A stretch of DNA of 60,423 bases, filler included, from Nemertoderma westbladi (Eukaryota > Animalia > Xenacoelomorpha), in NCBI GenBank assembly GCA_032718475.1. It is 2 parts of 2 records of this genome, joined end to end, with 100 filler letters (N's around TTAATTAATTAA, not from the genome) between each part and the next. Parts side by side here need not be neighbours in the genome. Positions count along the whole stretch, not along the records: positions 1 to 30,885 come from JAUCBJ010002388.1; 1 more part is not named here. One strand, written 5' to 3'. The notes under the pieces are model-generated. The model worked only from the letters and a program-made list of their open reading frames with translations, had not been told where the DNA came from and did not search any database. The position numbers and the translations under genes are program-made. This document shows positions 14,401 through 24,911 of this stretch, in pieces. Position 1 is the first letter of the stretch. Each line of letters starts with the position of its first letter.

Positions 14401-17116
14401 ATTGATGTTAGAGGGTGGATTTAATTTAAGAAAATGGCTCACAAATTCTGTCGAGCTACAACAAATTATAGATCAATTTGAAAAACCCAAAATCGTAAGT
14501 TTAAAAACAAATTCTGTACCAATATTATCAGAGGAAGACCAGACGTACGCAAAGGAATCATTGTGTTTATCAACACCACCTAGCGGTGAAACAAGGATTT
14601 TGGGACAAGTGTGGGATATAAGTAAGGACTACTTTGGGTATAACCTTGACCACGTCATATCCTTTGTTAAGAATCTAAAACCAACGAAAAGGGCTATATT
14701 GCAACTAACGGCTCGGATCTACGATCCGTTAGGGCTTATATCTCCCTTTTTAACGCCCTTACGAATCGTATTTAGGGAATTAGCTAACAGTAAGGTAGAT
14801 TGGGACGAACCACTACCTACTCATTTATTGAGCAAATGGGAATCATGGTTAAACAGTTTAGAAATTTTAAATAGCATTACAGTACCTCGATGTATTCTAG
14901 GTAATACAGATGATAACACTGTAGAAATACATGCTTTTTCAGACGCAAGCAAACAATTATACGCATGTGCCATTTACACTAGAGTAGAACACTCTGACGG
15001 AACTTACACTACAAACTTACTATGTAGTAAAGTTAAACTGGCACCTAAACAAAAACAATCAGTACCACGGTTAGAATTACTTGGCGCACTAATACTGGTA
15101 AGACTAGTACTGTTAGTGTATCAAGGTTTGGTACTACAAATAACACGTTCAGTATTTTGGACCGATGCATTAGACGTACTGTATTGGATACGACCAACAA
15201 ATAATACTCACAAACAATTTGTACACAATAGAGTACAGGAAATCCGTGACGTAACACAGAAATTGGGAGCAGAATGGAGGTGGTGTCCAGGGCCGTGTAA
15301 TCCAGCGGACATTCCAACAAGGACAATGGCACCAGACAAATTATTAAATAACAAACTATGGTATGAGGGTCCAGACTTTATATCGGGGGAGGAATCTGGT
15401 TGGCCAGAGTCACCAGTGATTACTGAGGCTCAAGTATCCAAGTGTGCTCTGTTAGATATAAAGTCCACCCTCATAATGACAACGACAATTAAGACAATCA
15501 ATACCGACGATACAGGATTATCTCAGATAATTAATGTAAATAATTTCAGTACAAAAAGGGACGTACAACACAGAATAGCTTGGATTCTACGGTTTGTAGA
15601 AAATATTAAAGCAAAACGTTTACACAAAGACCCCGTGTTATTACCATACTTAACAGCCAAGGAACTACATTTAGCCGAAATTAAAATAATTCTAGATTCA
15701 CAACGTGTAAACTATTCTCGGGAATTGTATTATCTTCGTGATAAATCAACTCAGTGTCCTAACGTTGTTAAACAATTAAATCTTGTGTTAGATGAATTAG
15801 GTATTATCAGATGTCAGGGTAGAATAATCAATGATACTATCCCATTCCATACCAGAAATCCTATTCTTCTTGCACCAGGTGACCATTTTACAAAACTCGT
15901 CATATTAAACTCACACGAGCGCGTTTCACATTCCCGAGTGAGAGACACACTAGTAGACGTTCGTGAGAGATTCTGGATACCATCGGCTAGACGGAAAATT
16001 CAACAAATTTTGTCTTCGTGTGTCATTTGTAAAAGGTTTCAAGGAAAACCCTATACAATGCCAGCAATCAGCCCCTTGCCAGTTTCTAGAACGATTGAAA
16101 CGCGCGGCCCCTTTGATCATTGCGGTGTCGATCTTTGTGGACCACTTCATACAGTTGCCAAACCAACCGAGACCGAGACTGAGACAATACAACCAACAGA
16201 AAAGGCGTGGATTGTTATGTTTACGTGTGCTGTAATAAGAGCCGTTCATTTGGAAGTAGTAACGTCTTTATCAGCGGTCGCTTTCATTAACGCATTTCAC
16301 AGATTCATAGCCAGAAGAGGAATACCGAGTATTATGTTTAGCGATAATGCTACAAACTTTAAGCGCAGTGCCAAGGAGCTAAGAGCGTACCGAATATTCT
16401 TGACAGATCCTGAGGTAGTCAGGATTTTTGGAGATCATAATATTACCTGGGAAAACAATATTGCAAACAATCCAGCAGCGTATGGATTTATAGAACGTTT
16501 AATTGGCACTTGTAAATCCGGAATTCGTAAGTTAATAGGACGAGCTGTCTTATCACTTGATGAGTTACATAATGTTGCGCTTTCGGTAGAAGCATCAGTA
16601 AATAGCAGACCAATCACATATGTTTACAGTAAGTTAGATGACGATGTACAGCCTCTCACCCCGAGTCACTTTCTTGTAGGAAAACGGCTCTGTGCAATAC
16701 CAGATTTATCAGATAAAGGGATTCTACCAAACCCTGAATCTAAATCTAAATCGGCAAGAAGAATGATACTTGATAGGGTTAAATATCAAGAGGCAGCGAA
16801 AAATTCAGTGTGGAAGTTGTGGCGTACAGATTATTTGAGAGAGTTACGTTCTTCTCACATTAGTAACAACGTAGCCCCCAAATCAGACATCATCCCGAAG
16901 GTAGGCGCTATGTGTCTATTACATAACGAGTCTATTCCCCGTTGCATGTGGAAGTTGTGTAGGATAGATGAATTAATTGTTTCAAGGGACGGCCGTGTGC
17001 GGTCTGCGAGAATTTCAATAGCGCCCAGAAATAAGGAAGCGAGATCACTCGTTAAATCCATACTACAATTATATCCATTAGAGGTATCTACTACAAATAC
17101 ACCACAAATAGATTAA
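11411..17116 (+). CDS. BEL/Pao Gag-Pol polyprotein (1901 aa)
   Basis: DUF1759-like gag (PPTFGGN..F..W), three Cys/His knuckles, protease FDPGAQRTF, RT YVDD, RNase H FSDAS, integrase HHCC plus VDL/SDNA/ERL core and C-terminal W..EYL-type domain; BEL/Pao domain order PR-RT-RH-IN. Confidence 0.97.
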   Translation: MSEMDGELTQLKRSRGILRGKVTRAQKRLNTQLDEAERTTLMETFKDLNQRLLEADMQIGIQLEDDEMESDLDYSDEYQTIINNAIAFLRKSLPTNQHHAGYHSNTTLNEPSFQGVHNSTEYMSHLSIIQNQTEGRVLARSMLSKLKPPTFGGNLLDFKGWHEAFLTAIDEAQVPDVIKFQYLRQSLKGEALKTVGGLAVNGTNYSIAMKLLTERFGNERQIIRAHIEQIRAIRKTKTTLREIYDHCQSHARALEALGVSTDKYELTVVPDVLAALPERIALRFCRKNKDKVENLEWIMEQIKGELEAHEMLSNTINPPHSIDTSLSSDGQNSYQQSVETPNAPFRDKHKEKHVNRHTYGATAANFVASVTNDGKAHLNAQSRSGTAKLGSKQTIVPDCLFCRQIHYSADCSTVTDPLERKEILKEKGRCYICLSKEHMANKCQSVKQCKFCNNRFHHPAICLKRGVGPQRQSTVLVTSTETTNTQLEIPKPTNITLSSTTNSNTTLQTATINAYDDQNNVFTINSLFDPGAQRTFILREVLERHSLTVIGSEVLAPQGFGSSAKASECFTIVEIKLQLRNLEFGTIKALVIEKICDPIYNMVPHNVIKQSKTLSSLQLADATVTNAALFKIELLIGVDEYWNIVSGSIIRGAQNEPVAIDSAVGWLLSGPAYIPDYEETLVIKSNQHLSPSTTLTLESRLIANQCVDIGDSVKDPESQILTMLKLFWSLESIGITTLGEELKPIITDIKFKDGKYVVRLPWKLDPFQLPEHYHRCATQLKSLITKLSKTGLLISYNDVIEDHFSKGYVELVDITQPTTNPIHYVPHHGVIKETRQTTKLRVVFNASAIDTKYGISLNSCLNYGPNFLPLLFQVLVRLRTNRIAIVADIEAAFMQCVIHPDDRDMLRFLWVKDINDIDVNNPKLQAYRYTRAMFGLSPSPDILFSIVRKHLQSKLDTANENKRIVIEKLLRDMYVDDFASGADTVSSGLLLYENAKQLMLEGGFNLRKWLTNSVELQQIIDQFEKPKIVSLKTNSVPILSEEDQTYAKESLCLSTPPSGETRILGQVWDISKDYFGYNLDHVISFVKNLKPTKRAILQLTARIYDPLGLISPFLTPLRIVFRELANSKVDWDEPLPTHLLSKWESWLNSLEILNSITVPRCILGNTDDNTVEIHAFSDASKQLYACAIYTRVEHSDGTYTTNLLCSKVKLAPKQKQSVPRLELLGALILVRLVLLVYQGLVLQITRSVFWTDALDVLYWIRPTNNTHKQFVHNRVQEIRDVTQKLGAEWRWCPGPCNPADIPTRTMAPDKLLNNKLWYEGPDFISGEESGWPESPVITEAQVSKCALLDIKSTLIMTTTIKTINTDDTGLSQIINVNNFSTKRDVQHRIAWILRFVENIKAKRLHKDPVLLPYLTAKELHLAEIKIILDSQRVNYSRELYYLRDKSTQCPNVVKQLNLVLDELGIIRCQGRIINDTIPFHTRNPILLAPGDHFTKLVILNSHERVSHSRVRDTLVDVRERFWIPSARRKIQQILSSCVICKRFQGKPYTMPAISPLPVSRTIETRGPFDHCGVDLCGPLHTVAKPTETETETIQPTEKAWIVMFTCAVIRAVHLEVVTSLSAVAFINAFHRFIARRGIPSIMFSDNATNFKRSAKELRAYRIFLTDPEVVRIFGDHNITWENNIANNPAAYGFIERLIGTCKSGIRKLIGRAVLSLDELHNVALSVEASVNSRPITYVYSKLDDDVQPLTPSHFLVGKRLCAIPDLSDKGILPNPESKSKSARRMILDRVKYQEAAKNSVWKLWRTDYLRELRSSHISNNVAPKSDIIPKVGAMCLLHNESIPRCMWKLCRIDELIVSRDGRVRSARISIAPRNKEARSLVKSILQLYPLEVSTTNTPQID

Positions 17117-17306
17117 AATAGTCATAAAGAAATACAATACGAACATTCTTCATACTTTATCATATTTGAAAATTATAATGTGCAATTAATTACACTAAAC
17201 AATATAACCTATTGTTTACTGTATATTAGTCATTTTTTGAAATTTTTTAAATGCAATAATGTATAACCCCACGTGGTGAAGGTTATGATTTGAAACTATT
17301 AGTTTC

Positions 17307-17315
17307 AAGGGGGAG
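17307..17315 (+). promoter_or_regulatory. Polypurine tract AAGGGGGAG
   Basis: Directly precedes the TG of the 3' LTR. Confidence 0.9.
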
Positions 17316-17766
17316 TGTCATAAAATATATATATTCAAGTAGGGAAATAAAGTTTGTTTTCGTTAATGATTTAATGTTAATGTGCATAGTACAGTAGTTG
17401 GCAACAGCAGGGGTTCATTGACATCAACTCATACATTATATCATTGATATACATACAGTATCGTCTATATTATTAACTATTGTTTGTACAACGCTAGAAT
17501 TACCTCATCGTTAGGAAGACATGCCCCTGCTGTTCGTCCTAATTAAAAGGGTCAATTAGTATTGCTACAATAATAGGAGTATACATAGAGTGTTGGTGCG
17601 GTGATGGTAAAACCAGTTGCTAATTGTCGTTGTAATATGTGTCATTTTTGTAATTAGTTAGTTAATTATTAAATTAGAGAAATATGTAATCATAATATTG
17701 TGTTTTTTAAACTGTTCATGGGCGGTTCAACAATCAGAAGAATATACATTCATCCCGTTCATGACA
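17316..17766 (+). repeat. 3' LTR of BEL/Pao element 1
   Basis: Direct repeat of 10640-11090. Confidence 0.97.
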
Positions 17767-18117
17767 GATTTATTTGGGCAGTAAGTAGTCACTCTCTATT
17801 TTTTGTTTACGGATTTATTTGGGCAGTAAGTAGTCACTCTCTATTTTTTGTTTACGGATTTATTTGGGCAGTAAGTAGTCACTCTCTATTTTTTGTTTAC
17901 GGATTTATTTGGGCAGTAAGTAGTCACTCTCTATTTTTTGTTTACGGATATATTTGGGCAGTAAGTAGTCACTCTCTATTTTTTGTTTACGGATTTATTT
18001 GGGCAGTAAGTAGTCACTCTCTATTTTTTGTTTACGGATATATTTGGGCAGTAAGTAGTCACTCTCTATTTTTTGTTTACGGATTTATTTGGGCAGTAAG
18101 TAGTCACTCTCTATTTT
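17767..18117 (+). repeat. 45-bp minisatellite, right part
   Basis: Same unit with ATTTATTT variant, about 8 copies, running into the exon 4 polypyrimidine tract. Confidence 0.95.
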
Positions 18118-18134
18118 ACTTTATTTATGTTTAG

Positions 18135-18415
18135 CTGATTGTGCGGGACCAGTACACATACACACAACCAAACAATTTGTTGTGAACAAGAATTTCTATG
18201 GAGAAAATAAACCAGATTGCGGATGTAGAGATTCTAATGATGTTGTGAGTTTCGACTCTGGGTCATATTTCTGCAACACTGCAATACAAAAAAGCCCATT
18301 AGCTGTACCGGTAGTCAATTCTGCTATTACCAGATATAATTATGCTGTTTCAAAAATATATATTACTTTCGTTATTATATTTTATACCATAAATATTATG
18401 TTATCTAATATGTAG
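18135..18415 (+). CDS. Terminal exon 4 of Cys-rich protein gene (Cys module plus C-terminal hydrophobic tail)
   Basis: Acceptor tgtttag|CT (phase 1); DCAGPVH...DCGCRD...YFCNT...IYITFVIIFYTINIMLSNM then TAG. Total CDS 684 nt = 227 aa plus stop. Confidence 0.75.
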
Positions 18416-18881
18416 ATCGATTAATTATGCAATAATGTGATGTATTATTTAGCATTGTATGATTTTTGTGTAACATCTAAATATTTGTGCTACATTTTAT
18501 ATACTTGACCGAGTATCGCCATGTGCAGTTCATCCTTAACTGCAATAACTTATATCTATTATATTATGTATCCGTTGTCTTGTATTGTATTTCTAATAAT
18601 AATATAGTTGGAATTAAAACAATCACGTATAAAAAGTTGGGAAGTATGAGAAATCATGTCCGATAAATGCAATCCTGCCAGAGAGAGTGCTGGAGTGGAG
18701 AGCAGCAGAGGTCAGCGAAGCGGACAGCAGCGTTGATGTAGCGGAACGTTACGTTTTAATTACAACTATATTATTATTCTTAGTGGAACGTTCTTTTTAA
18801 TGTGGGATTGTTAATCCTGCATGAACAAATAATACACACTTTAACTTTAAATTAATTATGTTTTTGTTGTTGTTCTTCTCT

Positions 18882-19520
18882 TAGCTAGTTTTTGTTACTT
18901 TTGTTAAAAATGTTCTAGAACATATTGTCTATTCATTTTTTAAAAAACTAATGTTCTAGAACAAATATTCTTATTTCTAGAACATTTTATTTTTCTTTAA
19001 AAAGTAATGTTCTAGAACAAATATTTTTAGTTCTAGAACATTTTAAAAAATATGTTTTTTTGCGTTTTTTTTTTTGATTAGTGTTAAAAACCATTCCTGA
19101 CGACTACAAATTATCAGGGTAGTTTGTGATTTTAATTATTCGCGAGTAGTTTTTATTACCTATAGTAAAAATTTTTAAGTTAAATATTTAATAAATATAT
19201 TTTTATGAATAATATTGCCCATGTGTTATTAGTTAACATCTAATGTTTTTGTTATATGCACATAAAATATCAAGTCACAAAAATAGTGTTTTCAATTGGA
19301 TTAGCTAGCAAAACTGATTGACTATTCTAGAACAAATTTAATTTTATGGAAACAAAGATAACATACAAAACAATAAAATGTTTAAAAATTCCCAAATAAA
19401 CTTGCTTTTTTAAGAAATGTTCTAGAACAACAATTATTTGTTCTAGAACAACATTTTTAAATTAAATTAATAGACAATATGTTCTAATACATTAAACAAA
19501 AATGTAACAAAAACTAGCTA
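18882..19520. mobile_element. MITE-like foldback element with long imperfect TIRs
   Basis: TAGCTAGTTTTTGTTAC... / ...GTAACAAAAACTAGCTA termini; repeated TGTTCTAGAACA palindromes in both arms; no coding capacity. Confidence 0.75.
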
Positions 19521-20808
19521 GTTTAAATAATCCATGCATTATTGTGCTGTAATTTAGCGGGCATGTTTGTAAAATCATTCCCGCAAAATTTATCAATAAA
19601 CACTATACCGTTCATGTAGGAATAATTAATTACTCAATGGAAAAACTTTGGAGTAGATGTGTTAATTAATGTATTATTTGTGCTGAATAATTTCGCGTAT
19701 TTCTCTTATTCCAGTGTGATTTAGTAATGATTGGTTTTTTTTAATAGAAGTAAATTTCGGTGAATTAATATCTCGTCTCAGCATTAATTACGGTATCAAT
19801 TAAGGGAGATGAGTGTGATTCAGTGTTATGTTATTATAGCCAAAACAATAACAAAATTCAATTGCACATTTTCTTGTAATCAATTGTTAGTTGCGGCTAT
19901 TTTCCCCTGCTGTGAGTTTGCTTCAAGAGCAGCCCCCCCCCCCCCCCCCCCAGTAATTATTTTGCTGTTTCAGCTCTGTGATGTACAGTATTTTACTTAA
20001 TCAATTTGTTGTCCTATTTATATTAGTATAACCAGTACTCTGGCGATATTTTACCAGTCCCACCGCAGTTATTCTTCTACCTTATACAGTAGCTGTTTGT
20101 CGTTCGTGGTGAAACAGATGAGATAAAGGCGTTCGACATGGTTTTGCTTCCACTTCCAGGCCATTTATTTTCTATTTAATATAAATACTCAAAATTCTGG
20201 AACTTTTTATTTATTATTTCATAAGTAGCTGAGCAACAATGCATTCAACCTATTATATAGTATTACTACCCAGCTATTCGCTATTCATACATAATTGAAA
20301 TACGAGAATACGATAACTAATAAAATCTAATAATAATATTAAGTCTTTTTTCTTAATACGAAATTGGTTTAATTTAATTTCATCGCTTGGCATTAATAAG
20401 GCGCTAACTCGCTAATTGGACATCGATTGGTGGTTCTACTTGGAATGGTGATTCTATATCTATCTTTTCAATATTTATAGCCATATAATAAATTTAATTT
20501 AATTACATTTATTATTTTGAATAGGAATTCCAATAACACAGTTAGCTCATTTTAAACGGAACCGTTTAAAGGGTGCTAACCCAAAATTTTGAGTTACCTC
20601 CTTTTAAACGGCACCGTTTAAAAAGGGCTAACTCAAACGTTGATTAAAGGGTGCTAACTATAAATAATTCTACAAATTTTGAGTTACAGTAGCTCCTTTT
20701 TAATGCCAAGTGACGATTTCTAGAATGTTGTCAAACATTACAAAAGGGTCAATAAAAATTTTCATAATACAAGAACATGTTTAATCAATTTATTTGCTCA
20801 TAAAAAGA

Positions 20809-21420
20809 ATGAAGCGATTATTCAGGCAGGATATTAGCTACGGGAAGCATGTAGCATACGAGAACAGTCAGGTGGAGGAGACGAGGAAAGATAAATCCAA
20901 TGAAGTTAAAGCTAAACCGTCAAACTTTGGTATAAACAAGCCACGCCCGTCGTACACCTCCTACTTACAGCGAGGGGGCGGTAAACGCTCGCCCCCCTCC
21001 AGTCCGGGGAACATAACGACCGGTTACCTGGCCCCCAAGTCGCCCCAGATGTACAGCGCTATACGGGGCGAACATGTGGCCGGTAAGTCTAAACATGACG
21101 GCGGCGAACGACACAACCTGTTGTCGGTGAAAAAGAAGAATAAAGGGCAGGTGAGAGCCAACAGTAGGGGGTGGGATAGGTCGAACGAGGAAGATATCCC
21201 CGGTTCGGATCAATGGACAGCCGACGTAAAGCGGGTAGCCGCTACGAACACAAGTAGACCAGGTACCCCGTCTGGATTGCCGCCGGCGATGCGCTCAACC
21301 AAATGCTACGCGTTTTACGCGATATCCTTCATTATATTCTGGTTTATAGTAATCATTGTCCTCTCTATACTGGCGCAGTTGTTCAATATTGATGTTAAAA
21401 TAACACGAAATGTATATTGA
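20809..21420 (+). CDS. Putative tail-anchored membrane protein (single or terminal exon)
   Basis: GC-richer open frame in AT-rich surroundings; basic, Ser/Pro/Gly-rich region then CYAFYAISFIIFWFIVIIVLSILAQLF near the C-terminus. Start uncertain (ATG 20809 or acceptor at 20825/20829). Confidence 0.5.
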   Translation: MKRLFRQDISYGKHVAYENSQVEETRKDKSNEVKAKPSNFGINKPRPSYTSYLQRGGGKRSPPSSPGNITTGYLAPKSPQMYSAIRGEHVAGKSKHDGGERHNLLSVKKKNKGQVRANSRGWDRSNEEDIPGSDQWTADVKRVAATNTSRPGTPSGLPPAMRSTKCYAFYAISFIIFWFIVIIVLSILAQLFNIDVKITRNVY

Positions 21421-21949
21421 TACAATTTATAAATTGTTCATTGTTCCAAATACAGTAGGGAGATGTGGTGAATTTTAATTATTATACAGACACCAAACAT
21501 CTTAAAAAATTTACATTTTCTAGAATATTATGTTGTATCTGAATAAATGACCTGCAGCGGAAGCAAATACATGCAACTTTCTAACGCCTTTTACTCAGCA
21601 TCTCGCACCGAAATTCAACATTTTTACAAATTTGGAATCCTGCATGGCCAGCTTTCTATCGGTACAAACAAACAGATATAAGGTACCGGTAGTCCCTACA
21701 AGAATAACTGCGGTGTAACTGGTTAAATATCTCCGCAGACACTTTTAAAACGGTTGTAGCTAAAGAGTGGAAACGAAAACAAAAATTCTAACTCGCCCAC
21801 TAACAACAAGAAGGATGAAAGTGAAACTATCTCTGTTTCAAATTTCATGCGATATCATAGAGTTTTGTTGAACATTTGGGGGGGGGGGGGGGGGGGGGGG
21901 ACTATATTCCAGGACATGGTGTAAATCCGTGTAGGGTCTATGTTGTATG

Positions 21950-24911
21950 ACAGAGGGTTTGAAATTCCTTGCAAATAACAAGGGTCTGAAATTCCTTGCC
22001 AATAGAAACTGTAAGGTCCGAAATTCCTTGCCAATAGCACACTGTAGGGTCCGAAATTCCTTGCCAATAGCATACTGTAGGGTCCGAAATTCATTGTAAA
22101 TAACAAGGGTTTGAAATTCCTTGCAAATAACAAGGGTCTGAAATTCCTTGCCAATAGCATACTGTAGGGTCTGAAACTCCTTGCCAATAGCATAGTGTAG
22201 GGTCTGAAATTCGTTGCAATTAAAAAGGGTCTGAAACTCCTTGCAAATAACAAGGGTCTGAAACTCCTTGCCAATAGCATACTGTAGGGTCAGAAATTCG
22301 TTGCCAATAGCATACTGTAGGGTCCGAAATTCCTTGCCAATAGCATACTGTAGGGTCCGAAATTCGTTGCCAATAGCATACTGTAGGGTCCGAAATTCCT
22401 TGCCAATAGCATACTGTAGGGTCCGAAATTCCTTGCAAATAATAAGGGTCTGAAACTCCTTGCCAATAGCATACTGTAGGGTCCGAAATTCGTTGCCAAT
22501 AGCATACTGTAGGGTTGCAAATAACAAGGGTCTGAAATTCCTTGCAAATAGCATACTGTAGGGTCTAAAACTCCTTGCCAATAGTAAGCTGTAGGGTCCG
22601 AAATTCCTTGCAAATAACAAGGGTCTGAAACTCCTTGCCAATAGCAAACTGTAGGGTCCGCAATTCCTTCCCAATAGCATAGACTGTAGGGTCCGAAATT
22701 CCTTCCAAATAACAAGGGTCTGAAATTCCTTCCCAATAGCATACTGTAGGGTCCGAAATTCCTTGCCAATAGAATACTGTAGGGTCTGAAATTCCTTGCA
22801 AATAACAAGGGTCTGAAATTCCTTGCAAATAGCATACTGTAGGTCTAAAACTCCTTGCCAATAGTAAGCTGTAGGGTCCGAAATTCCTTGCAAATAACAA
22901 GGGTCTGAAACTCCTTGCCAATAGCATACTGTGAAGGGTCTGAAACTCCTTGCCAATAGCAAACTGTAGGGTCCGAAATTCCTTACCAATAGCTTACTGT
23001 AGGGTCCGAAATTCCTTACCAATAGCTTACTGTAGGGTCCGAAATTCCTTGCCAATAGAATACTGTAGGGTCTGAAATTCCTAGCAAATAACGAAGGTCT
23101 AAAATACCTTGCCAATAGCATACCGTAGGGTCTGAAATTCTTTACCAATAGCATACTGTAGGGTCCGAAATTCCTTGCCAATAGCATACCGTAGGGTCTG
23201 AAATTCTTTACCAATAGCATACTGTAGGGTCCGAAATTCCTTGCCAATAGAATACTGTAGGGTCTGAAATTCCTAGCAAATAACGAAGGTCTAAAATACC
23301 TTGCCAATAGCATACCGTAGGGTCTGAAATTCCTTACCAATAGCATACTGTAGGGTCCGAAATTCCTTGCAAATAACAAGGGTCTGAAACTCCTTGCCAA
23401 TAGCATACCGTAGGGTCTGAAATTCCTTGCAAATAGCATACTGTAGGTCTAAAACTCCTTGCCAATAGTAAGCTGTAGGGTCCGAAATTCCTTGCAAATA
23501 ACAAGGGTCTGAAACTCCTTGCCAATAGCATACTGTGAAGGGTCTGAAACTCCTTGCCAATAGCAAACTGTAGGGTCCGAAATTCCTTACCAATAGCTTA
23601 CTGTAGGGTCCGAAATTCCTTGCCAATAGAATACTGTAGGGTCTGAAATTCCTAGCAAATAACGAAGGTCTAAAATACCTTGCCAATAGCATACCGTAGG
23701 GTCTGAAATTCTTTACCAATAGCATACTGTAGGGTCCGAAATTCCTTGCCAATAGAATACTGTAGGGTCTGAAATTCCTAGCAAATAACGAAGGTCTAAA
23801 ATACCTTGCCAATAGCATACCGTAGGGTCTGAAATTCCTTGCAAATAGCATACTGTAGGGTCTAAAACTCCTTGCCAATAGTAAGCTGTAGGGTCCGAAA
23901 TTCCTTGCAAATAACAAGGGTCTGAAACTCCTTGCCAATAGCATACTGTGAAGGGTCTGAAACTCCTTGCCAATAGCAAACTGTAGGGTCCGAAATTCCT
24001 TACCAATAGCTTACTGTAGGGTCCGAAATTCCTTACCAATAGCTTACTGTAGGGTCCGAAATTCCTTGCCAATAGAATACTGTAGGGTCTGAAATTCCTA
24101 GCAAATAACGAAGGTCTAAAATACCTTGCCAATAGCATACCGTAGGGTCTGAAATTCTTTACCAATAGCATACTGTAGGGTCCGAAATTCCTTGCCAATA
24201 GCATACTGTAGAGTCCGAAATTCCTTGCCAATAGCATACTGTAGGGTCCGAAATTCTTTACCAATAGCATACTGTAGGGTCCGAAATTCCTTGCAAATAA
24301 CAAGGGTCTGAAACTCCTTGCCAATAGCATACTGTAGGGTCCGAAATTCCTTGCAAATAACAAGGGTCTGAAACTCCTTACCAATAGCATACTGTAGGGT
24401 CCGAAATTCCTTGCAAATAACAAGGGTCTGAAACTCCTTGCCAATAGCATACTGTAGGGTCTGAAACTCCTTGCAAATAACAAGGGTCTGAAACTCCTTG
24501 CCAATAGCATACTGTAGGGTCTGAAACTCCTTGCAAATAATAAGGGTCTGAAACTCCTTGCCAATAGCATACTGTAGGGTCCGAAATTCCTTGCCAATAG
24601 CACACTGTAGGGTCCGAAATTCCTTGCCAATAGCATACTGTAGGGTCCGAAATTCCTTGCCAATAGCATACTGTAGGGTCCGAAATTCCTTGCAAATAAC
24701 AAGGGTCTGAAACTCCTTGCCAATAGCATACTGTAGGGTCCGAAATTCCTTGCCAATAGCATACTGTAGGGTCCGAAATTCCCTGCAATTAACAAGGGTC
24801 TGAAATTCCTTGCCAATAGCATACTGTAGGGTCCGAAATTCCTTCCCAATAGCATACTGTAGGGTCCGAAATTCCTTGCCAATAGCATAGGCCTACTGCA
24901 GGGTCCGAAAT
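21950..24911. repeat. Compound minisatellite of 33-bp and 27-bp subunits with higher-order blocks
   Basis: AGGGTCCGAAATTCCTTGCCAATAGCATACTGT interleaved with AGGGTCTGAAA(T/C)TCCTTGCAAATAACA; variant strings recur as blocks. Confidence 0.95.

Larger units (their letters stand above)
10640..17766 (+). mobile_element. Full-length intact BEL/Pao LTR retrotransposon
   Basis: 451-bp LTRs (TGTCAT...ATGACA), 5-bp TSD GATTT (10635-10639 / 17767-17771), tRNA-Lys-type PBS, PPT, single 1901-aa gag-pol ORF. Confidence 0.97.

Noticed and set aside
18655-18745. GC-richer patch as upstream exon of the 20809-21420 ORF
   Set aside because: ATG frames stop early and there is no convincing donor.
21838-24888. 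CRISPR-like constant head with variable tails, and long minus-strand ORFs
   Set aside because: Tails are variants of two subunits, not unique spacers; no cas genes; eukaryotic context.
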